Source of the DNA: an uncultured bacterium
GTDB taxonomy: Bacteria > Verrucomicrobiota > Verrucomicrobiia > Limisphaerales > UBA8199
Reading direction: 5' to 3'
Assembly (NCBI GenBank): GCA_963749495.1
Contig: CAVVMW010000010.1
Coordinates: 640,001-704,000, forward strand
DNA length: 64,000 nt
How positions within the stretch are numbered: the stretch's first letter is position 1; each line of letters begins with the position of its first letter. Below are positions 45,079 to 55,345 of this stretch, one piece after another. The notes below the pieces were generated by a model. The model saw only the letters and a list, made by a program, of their open reading frames with translations, ran no database searches and was not told the origin of the DNA. The translations under genes were made by a program, and so were the position numbers.

Positions 45079-47533
45079 CAGAACTCCTGACATAGCCGTC
45101 AAACAAAATGTCCGCTTTTTGCCTCACGGCGCTTCCCGAATTGTGTAGCGCAGGCGCAAGCGCGAACCTGGAAAGAGGGTATTGGTCCGGTTGAGTTCCT
45201 CGCAAAGCGCGGCAATCGCCCGCGTGCGGTGCGGCGAACTTAGCGCAGCCAAGCTCACCCGCAACTCCGTTTGGGTGACTTCGAGATCCGCCGCGCTGGC
45301 CAAAGCCGATTGGATCAGAGTTCGACCTTCGTCGCCCACCCTCCGATAGTAGGGCGCGACTAATCTCAGCAAATCGCTCTCGGCTTGGTAAGCCACGATC
45401 TTAATCACATTGGTTAGATGTTTGCGTTCTGGAGCCAGTTTCACCACGGGCTCTTTGGTGATGCTTTGGATCGGCACTCGCCGGGGCACGGCGGCACGGC
45501 GTTTCTCCAGTCGCGCTACACGCTGCCAAGCAGTGTCGATTTGCTGGCCGAGCTTGCCCTGCGCGATCTTGAAGCCGCGCATGGTCTGCTGCTGCTGCTC
45601 CAGGTTGACCAGCGCCTCCAGGCCATATTCGGCCTGCAGCCGAGCCAGTTGGGCATACGCCTGGCGCAATTGGGCGTCCACGGCCGCCCAGACCGGGTTG
45701 GGAACCTCACGAGTGGGATCATCAGGCACCGCGGCATATTCGACTAACGCGTCCAACGCGTATTCGTCGCACAGGTATTTCAGGAAATTCTCTTGTCGCC
45801 AGCGATCAAACATGTGATAGGCGACTTGGGCAGCGCACAGATCCCGGCGCGAGGTCAGGACGGGGGTTTGGTGCCCGTTGTCCCTCAGGCGGGTGACCTG
45901 CCGCATGCGCAGCTTGCCCTTGAGCAAGCGCACCTCCTGGTCGGCCAGGACGTAGAGGAAGGTCCGTCCCTCACAACGGGTGCGACATGGCCGGAAGCGC
46001 TTGCGGGGGACGCGGCGGCAGCGCCCTTTGCGGTACGTCAGCACGTCAAAGCCCGCGGCCAGGATTTGGAGGAAGAGCTTGGGACTGTAGCCGCCGCGAT
46101 CAAAGGCTACGGTGATGCGTCGTTTGCCCACCAAGCTGCGCACCTGCTCCAGGATGCCGGGCAGCATCTTGACCAAGCCGGCGTTAGCCTGTGCCGTGAC
46201 GACAAAGAGCGGATCGCCGCACGTGTCGTTGACCCAATAGTCCGAAGTGGCCGGCACCGAGAGGCGCATCTGAGCCACGTGGGCCTTGGGCAGACGGTGC
46301 TTGCCGTGGTAAACCCGCACGTGGCCATCCACGTAGAGGAAACCCAAGGCGGCTCCGCGCAAGGCGACCCGTTGCTGGGCCAGAGCCAGGCCAAACTGCG
46401 CGGCGCGTCCGGTGGCCGCCAGGCAGGCCAGTTTCCGCCGCAGCGTTTTGACTTCGGGCGCCCGGTCCAAGCCCAGCACACGCCCCAAGTCTTGAGGGGA
46501 GTGTTCCTTGAGGCCCTCCGGTTGCTTGATGCGCCACAGCGCCATGAGCAAGAGTGTGAGCAAGCTGGTGCGCAATCCATAGAAGGCTGGCCCCAGGCTG
46601 CCGTAGATCCTCTGAGCACAGTCGAAAACGCCGCTGGCCACCAACGCCGGCAAGGCCAAGAGCACGCCGACGCACGGCACGGCGGCGGCGCACCCGAACA
46701 ACGGGGCTGCATCTTCCAGCAATCCCAGGCGTGCCAGCAACCGATCGGTCCAGCGATGAGCCGGGTCGGTGTCGAGGCTGCGCGGCAGTGGGCTCGGCGC
46801 CACGGATGCACAAAAAGCGGACAGTTTTGGGTTCCCCCCAGATGCGGGTGAATGAGTCGATGAAGGGGTCTCCACGGGGGGCTGGTTCGCAGCGGTGGTC
46901 GTCCGCGGCTCAAGAGGCAGTTCGGTCTGAACGACCATCCGTGCGGGCTTCCAGCCTAAACGTTGCACGGTTTTGCGGACGGCTTGCACACTGACCCCAA
47001 GCCGCCGCGCGATCTCGTAGTGCGAGCGGCCTTGGGCCTTGAGCCGTTGGACCCAGCCTCGCCGAGAGGCCGCCAGGCGGGCACGCCCCTGCGGATAACC
47101 GCGGGGGCGTCCCAGTGCAGCCAAGCCGCCCCCCTCGAAGCGTTGTTGACAGCGCCGCACCGTGCGGACCGAGTAACCAAAGGCTCTGGCCACGTCGTTC
47201 TGATCCGCCCAACCTACATCGATCAGGCTCACCATGGCGTGGGCTTCGGACATGCGGTCGCCCACCGCATACTGTGCCAGGGGCATTCCTGACACGAGCA
47301 CAAGGCGGTGACCTTCCTGCGTCAGCAGCAGGCATCGCTCGTTGATGACATGGGTGCCTTGTGGGTTTCGCGCCTCTGGAAAGAGGTCGTCGCATAGGGT
47401 ATTGGCCATACGCGCCGATGTTAGCCCGGCGGTCAAAAAAGCGGACAGTTTTGGGTTCCCCCCCCCGCCAGTATTGTCCGCCCAGAAAATGCCCAGAAAT
47501 GGCGAAAACTATGAGGCTATGTCAGGAGTTCTG
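45079..47533 (-). mobile_element. Complete 2455-bp insertion sequence
   Basis: Perfect 19-bp TIR CAGAACTCCTGACATAGCC; GATTC duplicated at 45074-45078 and 47534-47538. Confidence 0.92.
45124..47436 (-). CDS. Long DDE-type transposase with two HTH motifs (start uncertain)
   Basis: LYVDGH, AFDRGG, RWRQENFLK; HTHs VARAFGYSVRTV and IARRLGVSVQAV; fills the TIR-bounded unit. Confidence 0.85.
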   Translation of the reverse strand: MTAGLTSARMANTLCDDLFPEARNPQGTHVINERCLLLTQEGHRLVLVSGMPLAQYAVGDRMSEAHAMVSLIDVGWADQNDVARAFGYSVRTVRRCQQRFEGGGLAALGRPRGYPQGRARLAASRRGWVQRLKAQGRSHYEIARRLGVSVQAVRKTVQRLGWKPARMVVQTELPLEPRTTTAANQPPVETPSSTHSPASGGNPKLSAFCASVAPSPLPRSLDTDPAHRWTDRLLARLGLLEDAAPLFGCAAAVPCVGVLLALPALVASGVFDCAQRIYGSLGPAFYGLRTSLLTLLLMALWRIKQPEGLKEHSPQDLGRVLGLDRAPEVKTLRRKLACLAATGRAAQFGLALAQQRVALRGAALGFLYVDGHVRVYHGKHRLPKAHVAQMRLSVPATSDYWVNDTCGDPLFVVTAQANAGLVKMLPGILEQVRSLVGKRRITVAFDRGGYSPKLFLQILAAGFDVLTYRKGRCRRVPRKRFRPCRTRCEGRTFLYVLADQEVRLLKGKLRMRQVTRLRDNGHQTPVLTSRRDLCAAQVAYHMFDRWRQENFLKYLCDEYALDALVEYAAVPDDPTREVPNPVWAAVDAQLRQAYAQLARLQAEYGLEALVNLEQQQQTMRGFKIAQGKLGQQIDTAWQRVARLEKRRAAVPRRVPIQSITKEPVVKLAPERKHLTNVIKIVAYQAESDLLRLVAPYYRRVGDEGRTLIQSALASAADLEVTQTELRVSLAALSSPHRTRAIAALCEELNRTNTLFPGSRLRLRYTIREAP

Positions 47534-49398
47534 GATTCACCGTCTACGATGCCGCCACCAACGGCGCCGCCGTGGCCGGGCCCTGAGGAATTCCGCCGTC
47601 GCGATCTCCAACGGCCTGTTTACCGTGGCGCTCGACTTCGGGGCCGTCTTCGATGGGACCGACCAGTGGCTGCAGATTGGTGTGCGCAGCACTGGCGCGG
47701 GGCCCTTCACCAGCCTGGCCCCGCTCCAGGCGCTGACCGCCGTTCCTTACGCTCTCACGGCCAAAATGGCGGCCAGCCTCGCAGGCGCACTGCCGGCCAC
47801 CCAGTTGAGCGGGACCGTCCCGCTCGATCAACTGCCCAGTACCCTCCTGACCAACGGCCAGGCCGGCGTCAGGCTCACGGGCGCCTTCGGAGGCAACGCC
47901 GTCGGGTTGACAAACATTCCCATTGCCTCCATCGCGTTGCCCGGACAAATCCTTACTAATGGTGTGGCCAACTCGGTCACTTTCCAGGGCAACGTGAGGG
48001 TGAATGGCGTGTTTACCGGTTCCAGTGCCGGAGCGTCGGGGTTTAAGACTCCCTATGACTACGGTGCAACTGGAACCGGCTCCGATGAAACCGCCAACCT
48101 CCAAGCCTGGTTGAACGATGCTTCAGCCAATAACTATATAGCTTTGTTGCCGCCAGCCCCTTATGGTTATTGGATTTTCTCGAACACACTCACGATTCCC
48201 GGAAGCATTTTTATCCTGGGCGCCGGAGGCGAGACCTATCAACCAATCACTCAAGGGTCAACCAGAAGCCGGCTGATGCAGATTGCTGCCAACCAAAACG
48301 GGCTCGATGTCTTGTACCAGTTCGACAACATCCGCATCGAGAATATCCTGCTGTGCGCATCCCCGGCGAAAAACTGGTTGAATTCCAATGTGGGGATTGC
48401 GTTCTCGGGGCAGCGGGGCGGAAGCGACCAGTCTTGCTTGCGCAATGTGGGAGTGACCAACTACGGCACCGGCTACGCTTTTCTCGGCTCTCCCGTTTCC
48501 TCCGCCGATGGAATCTCCTGCGGGTTTTGCCGAACCGGAATGGTCTTCAACAGCATCGGCGGCTACATGAGTTTGAGGAACGTCGAGCTTGGAGGCGTCT
48601 GCTATAGCAACCAAATCTGGGTGCAGACTGGTTTTGTCTCTTTCCATGATTCTGATCTAGGCCCCGACTTTAACAACGAAACTGTAATTATCAACAACGG
48701 GGTAGTGTCGTTCTGGAATTGCACATTTGAGTCACAAGCATTTGTGGGAACTGTTCATGTGTTGAATGGCGGCAATGCCTCCTTCCATGATTGCTACTCG
48801 ATGCCCGCATTGGGCAGCACTCTAATCAATGTCAACAATGGAAGGGCTGCGGTCTATAATAGCGCATTTTACTGCGTGGATTCTTATGGTTTTGCAATCC
48901 GCGAGACTAATTCTGATAGCGTTGGCGTATTTGCCAGTCCAGCACAAGGGGTGTTGAGCATTATTAACTATGGCGGCCCCAGCACTTTCGTGACTAATTG
49001 GATCGATGACCATCGCATGCTCCTCGAAAGCGCAGGCAATGGGTGGAATGCCTCTGACCCGGCTGCGTGGTATAACCAAGGATCGAGATTCATTAACTAC
49101 TCCGGCACTGGGACGGCGGACGCAAAGGACAAGCTGATGACATATCCCTACATGGCCAACACCAACGTCGCGGTTGACCTCTTCGAGTATTACAAGGACT
49201 GCCAGAATGGGACGATCACCAACGGCGGCCTCATCTGGTATGTCACCAACAACACCCCAAGCGCGAGCATGCCAAACGGGTCAATCGCAACAACAACCGA
49301 TGGCCGCTTCTTTGTCAGGAGCAACTCAACCTGGGTCCTTCACTGATCGGCCAATTGGAGCTTGCGTGTTTGGCCGGCGCGGAGTAGGATGCCGGCAC

Positions 49399-50150
49399 AT
49401 GAAGCCGTTGGTCAAGAACCGAACTCGGCTCCGCCCGGCGCGCAGCCCAGGGCCGTTGACACAGTGGTCTCTTGGGGTGCGCCGGCGGAGCGAAGCGGGG
49501 ACGGCGCTTTGGGCCGCCCGGGACGCCCAAGAAAGCCAGACGCTGGCCGAGCCAAAGCGGTGTCGCGCTCCGCTTGCCACCGCACTCCAAAGTGGCCGGC
49601 CCGGGTTCACTCTGATCGAGTTGCTGGTCGTGATTGCCATCATCGCCATCCTGGCGAGCATGCTGTTGCCAGCGCTGTCCCGGGCCAAGGAGAGGGCCAA
49701 ATCCATCAAATGCATGAGCAACATCCCGCAGATGTGCTTGAGTTACAACCTCTACCCCCAAGACAACAAAGACGAGGTGGTGACGCTTTACCTGTACGAT
49801 ACGGCCCCGCCGGGCGCCTTCTACCCGGGGTCGGTCACCTGGTGGGTGGACCTCTTCCGGCCCTACCTGCAGGGGACCAACGTCCTGGCCTGTCCCACCG
49901 TGTCGAGCGGGATTGCGTTTGTCGCCGGCGGCCCGGGCGGGCTCGGCGTGGCGTTGGGCCATCCCGAGCTTTCGGCCTGGTCAACGCAATGGCGGCCCAA
50001 GTTGTCCTGGCTCAAGCAACCGGTTAAGAAGCTGCCCTTTGTGGATTCCGGCCTGATCGGCAATCCGCGCGCCACAAACCCGGACAATTGGGTCGAGGTG
50101 CTCCACCAGCAGGCCCTCTATTGGCGTGTGCCCACCAACCTGAGTTATTA
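49399..50150 (+). CDS. Prepilin-type protein with an extended leader, 3' truncated
   Basis: [36 protein letters not shown]. Confidence 0.8.
49472..49590. repeat. REPIN-like inverted pair of about 40-bp REP-like units
   Basis: Left arm TTGGGGTGCGCCGGCGGAGCGAAGCGGGGACGGCGCTTTGG; right arm reverse complement TTGGAGTGCGGTGGCAAGCGGAGCGCGACACCGCTTTGG. Confidence 0.7.
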
Positions 50151-50424
50151 CCTTTTCGGATCGTGGAGGCGAAGTAATCCGTCACATAAACGTTGCCCGC
50201 GCTGTCCACCGCCACGCAGGAAGGACTTGTAAACTGCCACCGTTGAAATCGAATGGATGCAAAACGGGCGATCCGGAATGGGATCTTCTTCTGGTGGGTT
50301 TTCTTCGAAAGATTCGCTGAAATCTCTTCTTCCTTCTTCGTCGTTCTGAGTCTTCTTCCGGCTGGATTTTCTTCCGTCGGCTCTCCTGGTTTTCCGATAC
50401 TGGTTCCTTTTGATGTTGGAACCA

Positions 50425-51044
50425 ATGAAGCCGCCCAGACCTCGACACAAGTGCTTGAACTGCAAGGGACTTTTTCTTCCCGACTACCGGGGCGGACAAC
50501 GTCAGCGACTGGCCTACCGGCAGGCAGGTATTGTTTCAAACCCGACTGCCGCAAGGCCAGAAGGCGCGAGCTCCAGCGGGCCTGGTTAGCCAAGCCGGCG
50601 AACGAGAATTACTTCCGGGACGCCGAGAATGCTGAGCGGGTCCGCGACTGGCAGAAGGAGCATCCCGGCTACTGGAAAAACACCGCTCGCTACCGGCGCC
50701 GTACCTTACAAGACGGCTGCTCGGAGCAAGCTCCTGCGGCACAGGAGGTTGCGCCGACCTCTCCGAGCCGTACCTTACAAGACCTCTGTTCGATGCAAGT
50801 GCCTCTGTCTGTGGGCATTATCTCCATGTTCATCGGCAGTACCTTACCAGACGACATCGCCACCAGCACCCGGCGACTGGTAATTAAGGGAAATGACATT
50901 CTGGGCATGGTGCTCGGAATGAATCTTGAAAGGTTATTGCATGAAAAAACGTGTCCTCAATCCGGAGCGACTCCGGAAAGTCCCGCCCCAGTTCAGTTGG
51001 ATCGATCACCGGCTGGTGCAGGAAAATTACTTCCTCCGGTGTGA
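50425..51044 (+). pseudogene. IS21 accessory orf1 (Cys-rich, zinc-finger-like), frameshifted by a 20-bp insertion
   Basis: KCLNCKGLFLPDYR..QR | YCFKPDCRKA becomes continuous after removing 50509-50528. Confidence 0.75.
50509..50528. repeat. Variant 20-bp insertion CTGGCCTACCGGCAGGCAGG
   Basis: 17/20 identical to the palindrome; removal restores the frame. Confidence 0.8.
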
Positions 51045-51312
51045 ACACTCGGCCTGGGCGCTCTACCTGTTCCTGACCAGCGTGGCCGATGCCCAGGGCC
51101 TGAGCTACTACTCGGACGCCTCGCTGATGCGGCGATTGAAAATGGATGCGCTGACGCTTTCGGCCAGTCGCCAACAACTGGTCCAAGCCGGGCTGGTGGC
51201 CTATGAAAAGCCCTTCTACCAGGTTCTGAGCCTGGAGCCGGTCGGCACGCCCCGCTCGGGCCCGATCAGCGTGGGAGAGCTTTTGCGCCAGGCGCTGGGA
51301 GGCCAGCCATGA
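50941..51312 (+). CDS. IS21 accessory orf2 (winged-HTH-like)
   Basis: FSWIDHRLV..ALYLFL..ADAQGLSYYSD..YQVLSL; overlaps the istA start (ATGA). Confidence 0.75.
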   Translation: MKKRVLNPERLRKVPPQFSWIDHRLVQENYFLRCEHSAWALYLFLTSVADAQGLSYYSDASLMRRLKMDALTLSASRQQLVQAGLVAYEKPFYQVLSLEPVGTPRSGPISVGELLRQALGGQP

Positions 51313-52787
51313 TCGACTATCAAACCTATTGCCAGATTCGGCACCTGTTCACCGAGAAGCACCTGGGTCTGCGGCAGATTGCCCGCCAACTCAAACTGGG
51401 TTTGAACACGGTGCGCAAGTGGTCCCGGCGGGAGAGCTTTGCGCGAGCCCCTCTGCCCAAGCGCCCCAGCAAACTCGATCCGTTCAAGGGGGAGATCATC
51501 CGTCTGCTGGAACAACACGATTACTCGGCCCAGCAGATTTTCCAGCAGGTCAAAGAACATGGCTACCAGGGCCGATACACGATCCTCCGGGCGTTTGTGC
51601 GCCAGGTGCATCCCAGGCCGCGACCGGCCTTCCTGACGCTTCACTTCGAACCCGGTGAGTGCGCCCAGGTGGACTGGGGTTGCGCCGGTTCGGTCCCGGT
51701 GGGCTCCACGCGCCGGCGTCTGTCCTTTTTCCTCATGGTGTTGGCGTTCAGCCGCAAACTGTATCTGGAGTTCACCCTGGCCGAAACGCTGGAGCATTTT
51801 CTGTCCTGCCACCAGCACGCCTTCGAATACTTCGGCGGGGTGGTGCGCCAGGTCTGGGTCGATAACTGCAAGGTGGCCGTCCTGAGCCGGGCGGCTGGTT
51901 CGATTGTGTTCAACCCCCGTTACTTGGATTTTGCCAACCATCACGGCTTTGAAATCCGGGCTTGTGGCGTCGGGCAGCCCCAGGAAAAAGGACGCGTCGA
52001 AAACGGCGTGGGCTATGTCAAAAAGAACTTCCTCAACGGCCTGGAGTTGTCGGATTTTCAAATCGTCAATCCGGCGGCGCGCTATTGGCTGGATACGGTG
52101 GCCAATGTCCGGGTTCACGGTCAGACCCAAAAAACGCCCCGGGAACTCTTCCCTCAGGAAAAGCTCAAACCCCTGCATCCGCTGCCGTACGAAGCGGCCG
52201 TCCTGGACACCATCCGGGTCAACAGTCAGTTCCGCATCAAAGTTGATGGCAACGCTTACTCGGTTCCCTGCCAGTATGCGTCGAGCAAGCTCACCTTGAA
52301 ACGGTTCCCCGACCGGCTCTTGGTCTATGACCAGGAAAAGCTCGTGGCCGAGCATGTGCGCCGCTACGACCGCAACCAGGATTACGAGTTGCCCGACCAC
52401 GTGGCGCCCTTGCTCCTGCACCGCAAGAAGGCGCGTGAGCAAAAGCTCTTCCTGCGCTTTTTGGCCCTCTGCCCCAAGGCACAAGATTACTACCAGCAAC
52501 TGGAACAGCGGCGCCTCAACCCCAAACACCACGTCCAGAAGATCGTCGCCTTGAGCGAGCTTTATGGCATCGAAGCGGTGGCCCGCGCTCTGGAAGATGC
52601 CTTCACCTATCAGGCCTTCTCGTGCGAATACATCGCCAACCTTTTACAGCAACGCCAGCATCCGCCCCAGGAACCCGGCGCCTTGCACCTGACTCGGCAA
52701 CAAGACCTGCTGGAGTTGGAACTGCCCCCTCCGGACCTCTCCCTTTACGACTCCAAAAACCATCCAGACTCCCCAACCAATCCATGA
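51309..52787 (+). CDS. istA: IS21 transposase
   Basis: HTH, PGECAQVDWG, VDNCK, EKGRVENGVGYVK. Confidence 0.95.
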   Translation: MIDYQTYCQIRHLFTEKHLGLRQIARQLKLGLNTVRKWSRRESFARAPLPKRPSKLDPFKGEIIRLLEQHDYSAQQIFQQVKEHGYQGRYTILRAFVRQVHPRPRPAFLTLHFEPGECAQVDWGCAGSVPVGSTRRRLSFFLMVLAFSRKLYLEFTLAETLEHFLSCHQHAFEYFGGVVRQVWVDNCKVAVLSRAAGSIVFNPRYLDFANHHGFEIRACGVGQPQEKGRVENGVGYVKKNFLNGLELSDFQIVNPAARYWLDTVANVRVHGQTQKTPRELFPQEKLKPLHPLPYEAAVLDTIRVNSQFRIKVDGNAYSVPCQYASSKLTLKRFPDRLLVYDQEKLVAEHVRRYDRNQDYELPDHVAPLLLHRKKAREQKLFLRFLALCPKAQDYYQQLEQRRLNPKHHVQKIVALSELYGIEAVARALEDAFTYQAFSCEYIANLLQQRQHPPQEPGALHLTRQQDLLELELPPPDLSLYDSKNHPDSPTNP

Positions 52788-53527
52788 AAGACGAAGAACT
52801 CGTGACGCACCTCCTTTACCTCAAACTCTCCTATTTTCGGGAGCACCACCACTCTCTGGCCAAGGAGGCGGTGGAGAAAAACTGGACGCAACTGGACTTT
52901 TTAAGCCGCCTGGTCGAGGGCGAGGCGCTCCGGCGAAAGGACCGGGCCACCCAGCGCCGCATTCAGGCGGCGCGCTTTCCCGTGGTTAAAACCCTCGAGC
53001 AGTTCAACTGGGCTTGGCCCAAAAAGATCAATCGCGCCCACGTGCAAAATCTCTTTCGCCTCTCCTTTCTCAAGGACAAGGCCAATGTCATTTTCATGGG
53101 CGGGGCCGGGCTGGGCAAAAGCCATCTGGCCACCGCCCTGGCTTACGAGGGCTGCCTGGCCGGCCACACCGTGTTATTCACCACGGCCATCGACATCGTC
53201 AACACCCTGGCGGCGGCACAATCCACCCACCGGCTCAAAGCCGAACTCAAGAAATACCTCAGCCCGAGCATCGTGTTGGTCGACGAACTCGGCTATTTGC
53301 CGATCGATAAAACCGGCGCGGATTTGCTCTTCCAAGTCTTCAGCCAGCGCTATGAGACCGGCTCGACCATCGTGACGACCAATCAGGCCTACAAAAACTG
53401 GGCCAAGGTCTTCAACAACGACGCGACGCTGACCTCCGCCGTGCTGGATCGCCTGCTGCACCACGCAGAAACGGTCGTCATCGAAGGGAAGAGCTACCGG
53501 ATGAAGGATCAAATCCAGGAGCCGTAA
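52784..53527 (+). CDS. istB: IS21 AAA+ helper ATPase
   Basis: GGAGLGKSHLA, VDELGYLP, AVLDRLLHH, GKSYR. Confidence 0.95.
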   Translation: MKDEELVTHLLYLKLSYFREHHHSLAKEAVEKNWTQLDFLSRLVEGEALRRKDRATQRRIQAARFPVVKTLEQFNWAWPKKINRAHVQNLFRLSFLKDKANVIFMGGAGLGKSHLATALAYEGCLAGHTVLFTTAIDIVNTLAAAQSTHRLKAELKKYLSPSIVLVDELGYLPIDKTGADLLFQVFSQRYETGSTIVTTNQAYKNWAKVFNNDATLTSAVLDRLLHHAETVVIEGKSYRMKDQIQEP

Positions 53528-53551
53528 CCGCAGAACATCACAGAAAACGCA

Positions 53552-53580
53552 GGCCGATGGAGAGATCCACCGGCCTTTTT
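53552..53580 (+). terminator. Likely intrinsic terminator after istB
   Basis: GGCCGATGGA-GAGA-TCCACCGGCC followed by TTTTT. Confidence 0.6.
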
Positions 53581-53888
53581 CGTTCCCTCTTCAGCCCAAG
53601 AGCCCCGATCCGTTCCAAACCGCCCGTCTTGACTCCCGTTCGCGCCGCCGGTGACATAAACCCCTCAGTTGCATAAAAATGTAGTTGTTTAACCGCCCTG
53701 ACCCCTCGAAAGCGGCCTCCTGCGCGGCTGCAAGCCATCTACTGAGCGCCGCTTCTCTGGCGAAGCAGAAGCCACTAAAAGTGGGGTTTGCCAAACGCCA
53801 TTTCGCCCTTCTGCCGGTTACAAAAAAAATGCAAAAAAAATGCGATTTGGGGCTTGACATTTCCGATAGCCTATATTATGTATCGGAC

Positions 53889-54260
53889 ATGAAGAAAACG
53901 ATCTCTATCCCGCAAATCGAAGCTCGTATCCAACACATCAAAACCCAACTCGCCGCCTTGGGCGATATGCGTCCCGGAAGCCTTTCCCGGCAGTATAACG
54001 TCTGCGGCAAGCCGGGCTGCCGTTGTAAGGACCCCGAAAAACCCCGACGCCACGGCCCCTATTACCAACTGAGTTGGGTGCATCGCCGCAAGAGCACCAG
54101 CCAGTTCATCCGCCCCGGCTTTGTCGCTCAGGTCAAGGCCCAACTGGCCACTTATAGAACCTCTCGCAAGCTGACGGCACAATGGGTCGAGTTAGCCCTC
54201 CAGGCAGCCCAACTGAGGCTCCAAGCCGCCAGAGACACCGCCACGCTCCAACCCAAGTGA
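53889..54260 (+). CDS. IS accessory protein (DUF6788-like)
   Basis: Same protein as 41079-41450. Confidence 0.8.
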   Translation: MKKTISIPQIEARIQHIKTQLAALGDMRPGSLSRQYNVCGKPGCRCKDPEKPRRHGPYYQLSWVHRRKSTSQFIRPGFVAQVKAQLATYRTSRKLTAQWVELALQAAQLRLQAARDTATLQPK

Positions 54261-54466
54261 GCCTCCACCCGCCCCCCCTCCTTTCACCTCAAACCCTTCT
54301 CCCATGAGACTTAGCCAGCAGCAAATCTATACGAGAGCCTCCTCGATGCCGCAGGTGCAATTCCAGGAACAACAACTGACCAGCTTCGGCGGTTTGCTCA
54401 TCTTCCAGCAACTCTTCGGCAAAATCCAACTCAAGGAGCGCTTGCACCAGTGCTCGGCCCATCTGG

Positions 54467-54486
54467 CCTGCCTGCCGGCAGGCAGG
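54467..54486. repeat. 20-bp palindromic insertion CCTGCCTGCCGGCAGGCAGG
   Basis: Same site as in IS1380 copy 1. Confidence 0.9.
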
Positions 54487-55325
54487 CCGGCAAGACCCTC
54501 TATCAGCCGCACGTGGTTGTGCTCTGGCTCATCGTGCACCTGCTCCTGGGCTTTCGCAAGCTGCGCGACATCCAATTCTATAAAGAGGACCCGCTGGTGC
54601 GGCGCGTGCTGGGTCTCAAGGCGCTCCCGGACGTTTCGACCCTCAGCCGCATTCTGGCCGACTTCGATGAACCGGCGGTGGCCGCCCACCAGGGGTTGAA
54701 TCGCCAGCAGGTCCTGGGACGACTGGCACAGGAGGGGCTCGCGCGCGTGACCTTGGACTTCGACGGCAGCGTCCTGTGGGCCAGCAAACACGCCGAAGGA
54801 ACCGCAGTGGGCTTCAACAAGCAGAAGAAGGGCGCCCGGAGCTACTACCCCCTCTTCTGCACCGTGGCGCAAACGGCGCAAGTCCTGGACGTGTTGCACC
54901 GCTCGGGCAACGTGCACGACTCCAATGGAGCCGTAGAGTTTGTGCGCCAATGTGTGGGGCGCCTGCGCCAAGCCCTGCCCGGAGTCCAGATCGAGGTCCG
55001 GATGGATAGCGCCTTTTTCAGTGATGAGATGGTTGGGGCGCTGGAGCAACTCGACGTGGAATTCACCGTGTCGGTCCCCTTCGAGCGTTTTGTGGAGCTC
55101 AAGGCTCTGATCCAGGACCGGCGCGTGTGGTGGCCGGCCACGGTGGACGGTAAACTGCGGTATTTCCTCAAGCTCTGGAAGCCCAAGTGCTGGGAAACGC
55201 CCCGCCGGTTCATCTTCATTCGCCAGGAGAGCACCGTGCAACAGAAGGGTCCCATCCAGTTAGACATCTTCGAACCCCACCAGACGGGATTTGAATTCAA
55301 GGTGATCGTGACCAACAAGACCGGG

Positions 55326-55345
55326 CCTGCCTGCCGGCAGGCAGG
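55326..55345. repeat. 20-bp palindromic insertion CCTGCCTGCCGGCAGGCAGG
   Basis: Removal joins TNKTG to LALNVVRFHEGRG in frame. Confidence 0.92.

Larger units (their letters stand above)
44917..49346 (+). pseudogene. Secreted protein (FTYQGRL N-terminal domain plus pectate-lyase-like beta-helix) interrupted by an IS
   Basis: AFTYQGRLDAGGSPANGFYDLRF | TVYDAATNG rejoins across the IS; later TPYDYGATGTGSDETANLQAW and Asn/Gly-rich strands. Confidence 0.8.
50228..53656 (+). mobile_element. IS21-family element with four ORFs
   Basis: TGT...ACA ends with related subterminal motifs (CAAAACGGGCG versus CAAGACGGGCG on the opposite strand); orf1, orf2, istA, istB. Confidence 0.85.
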
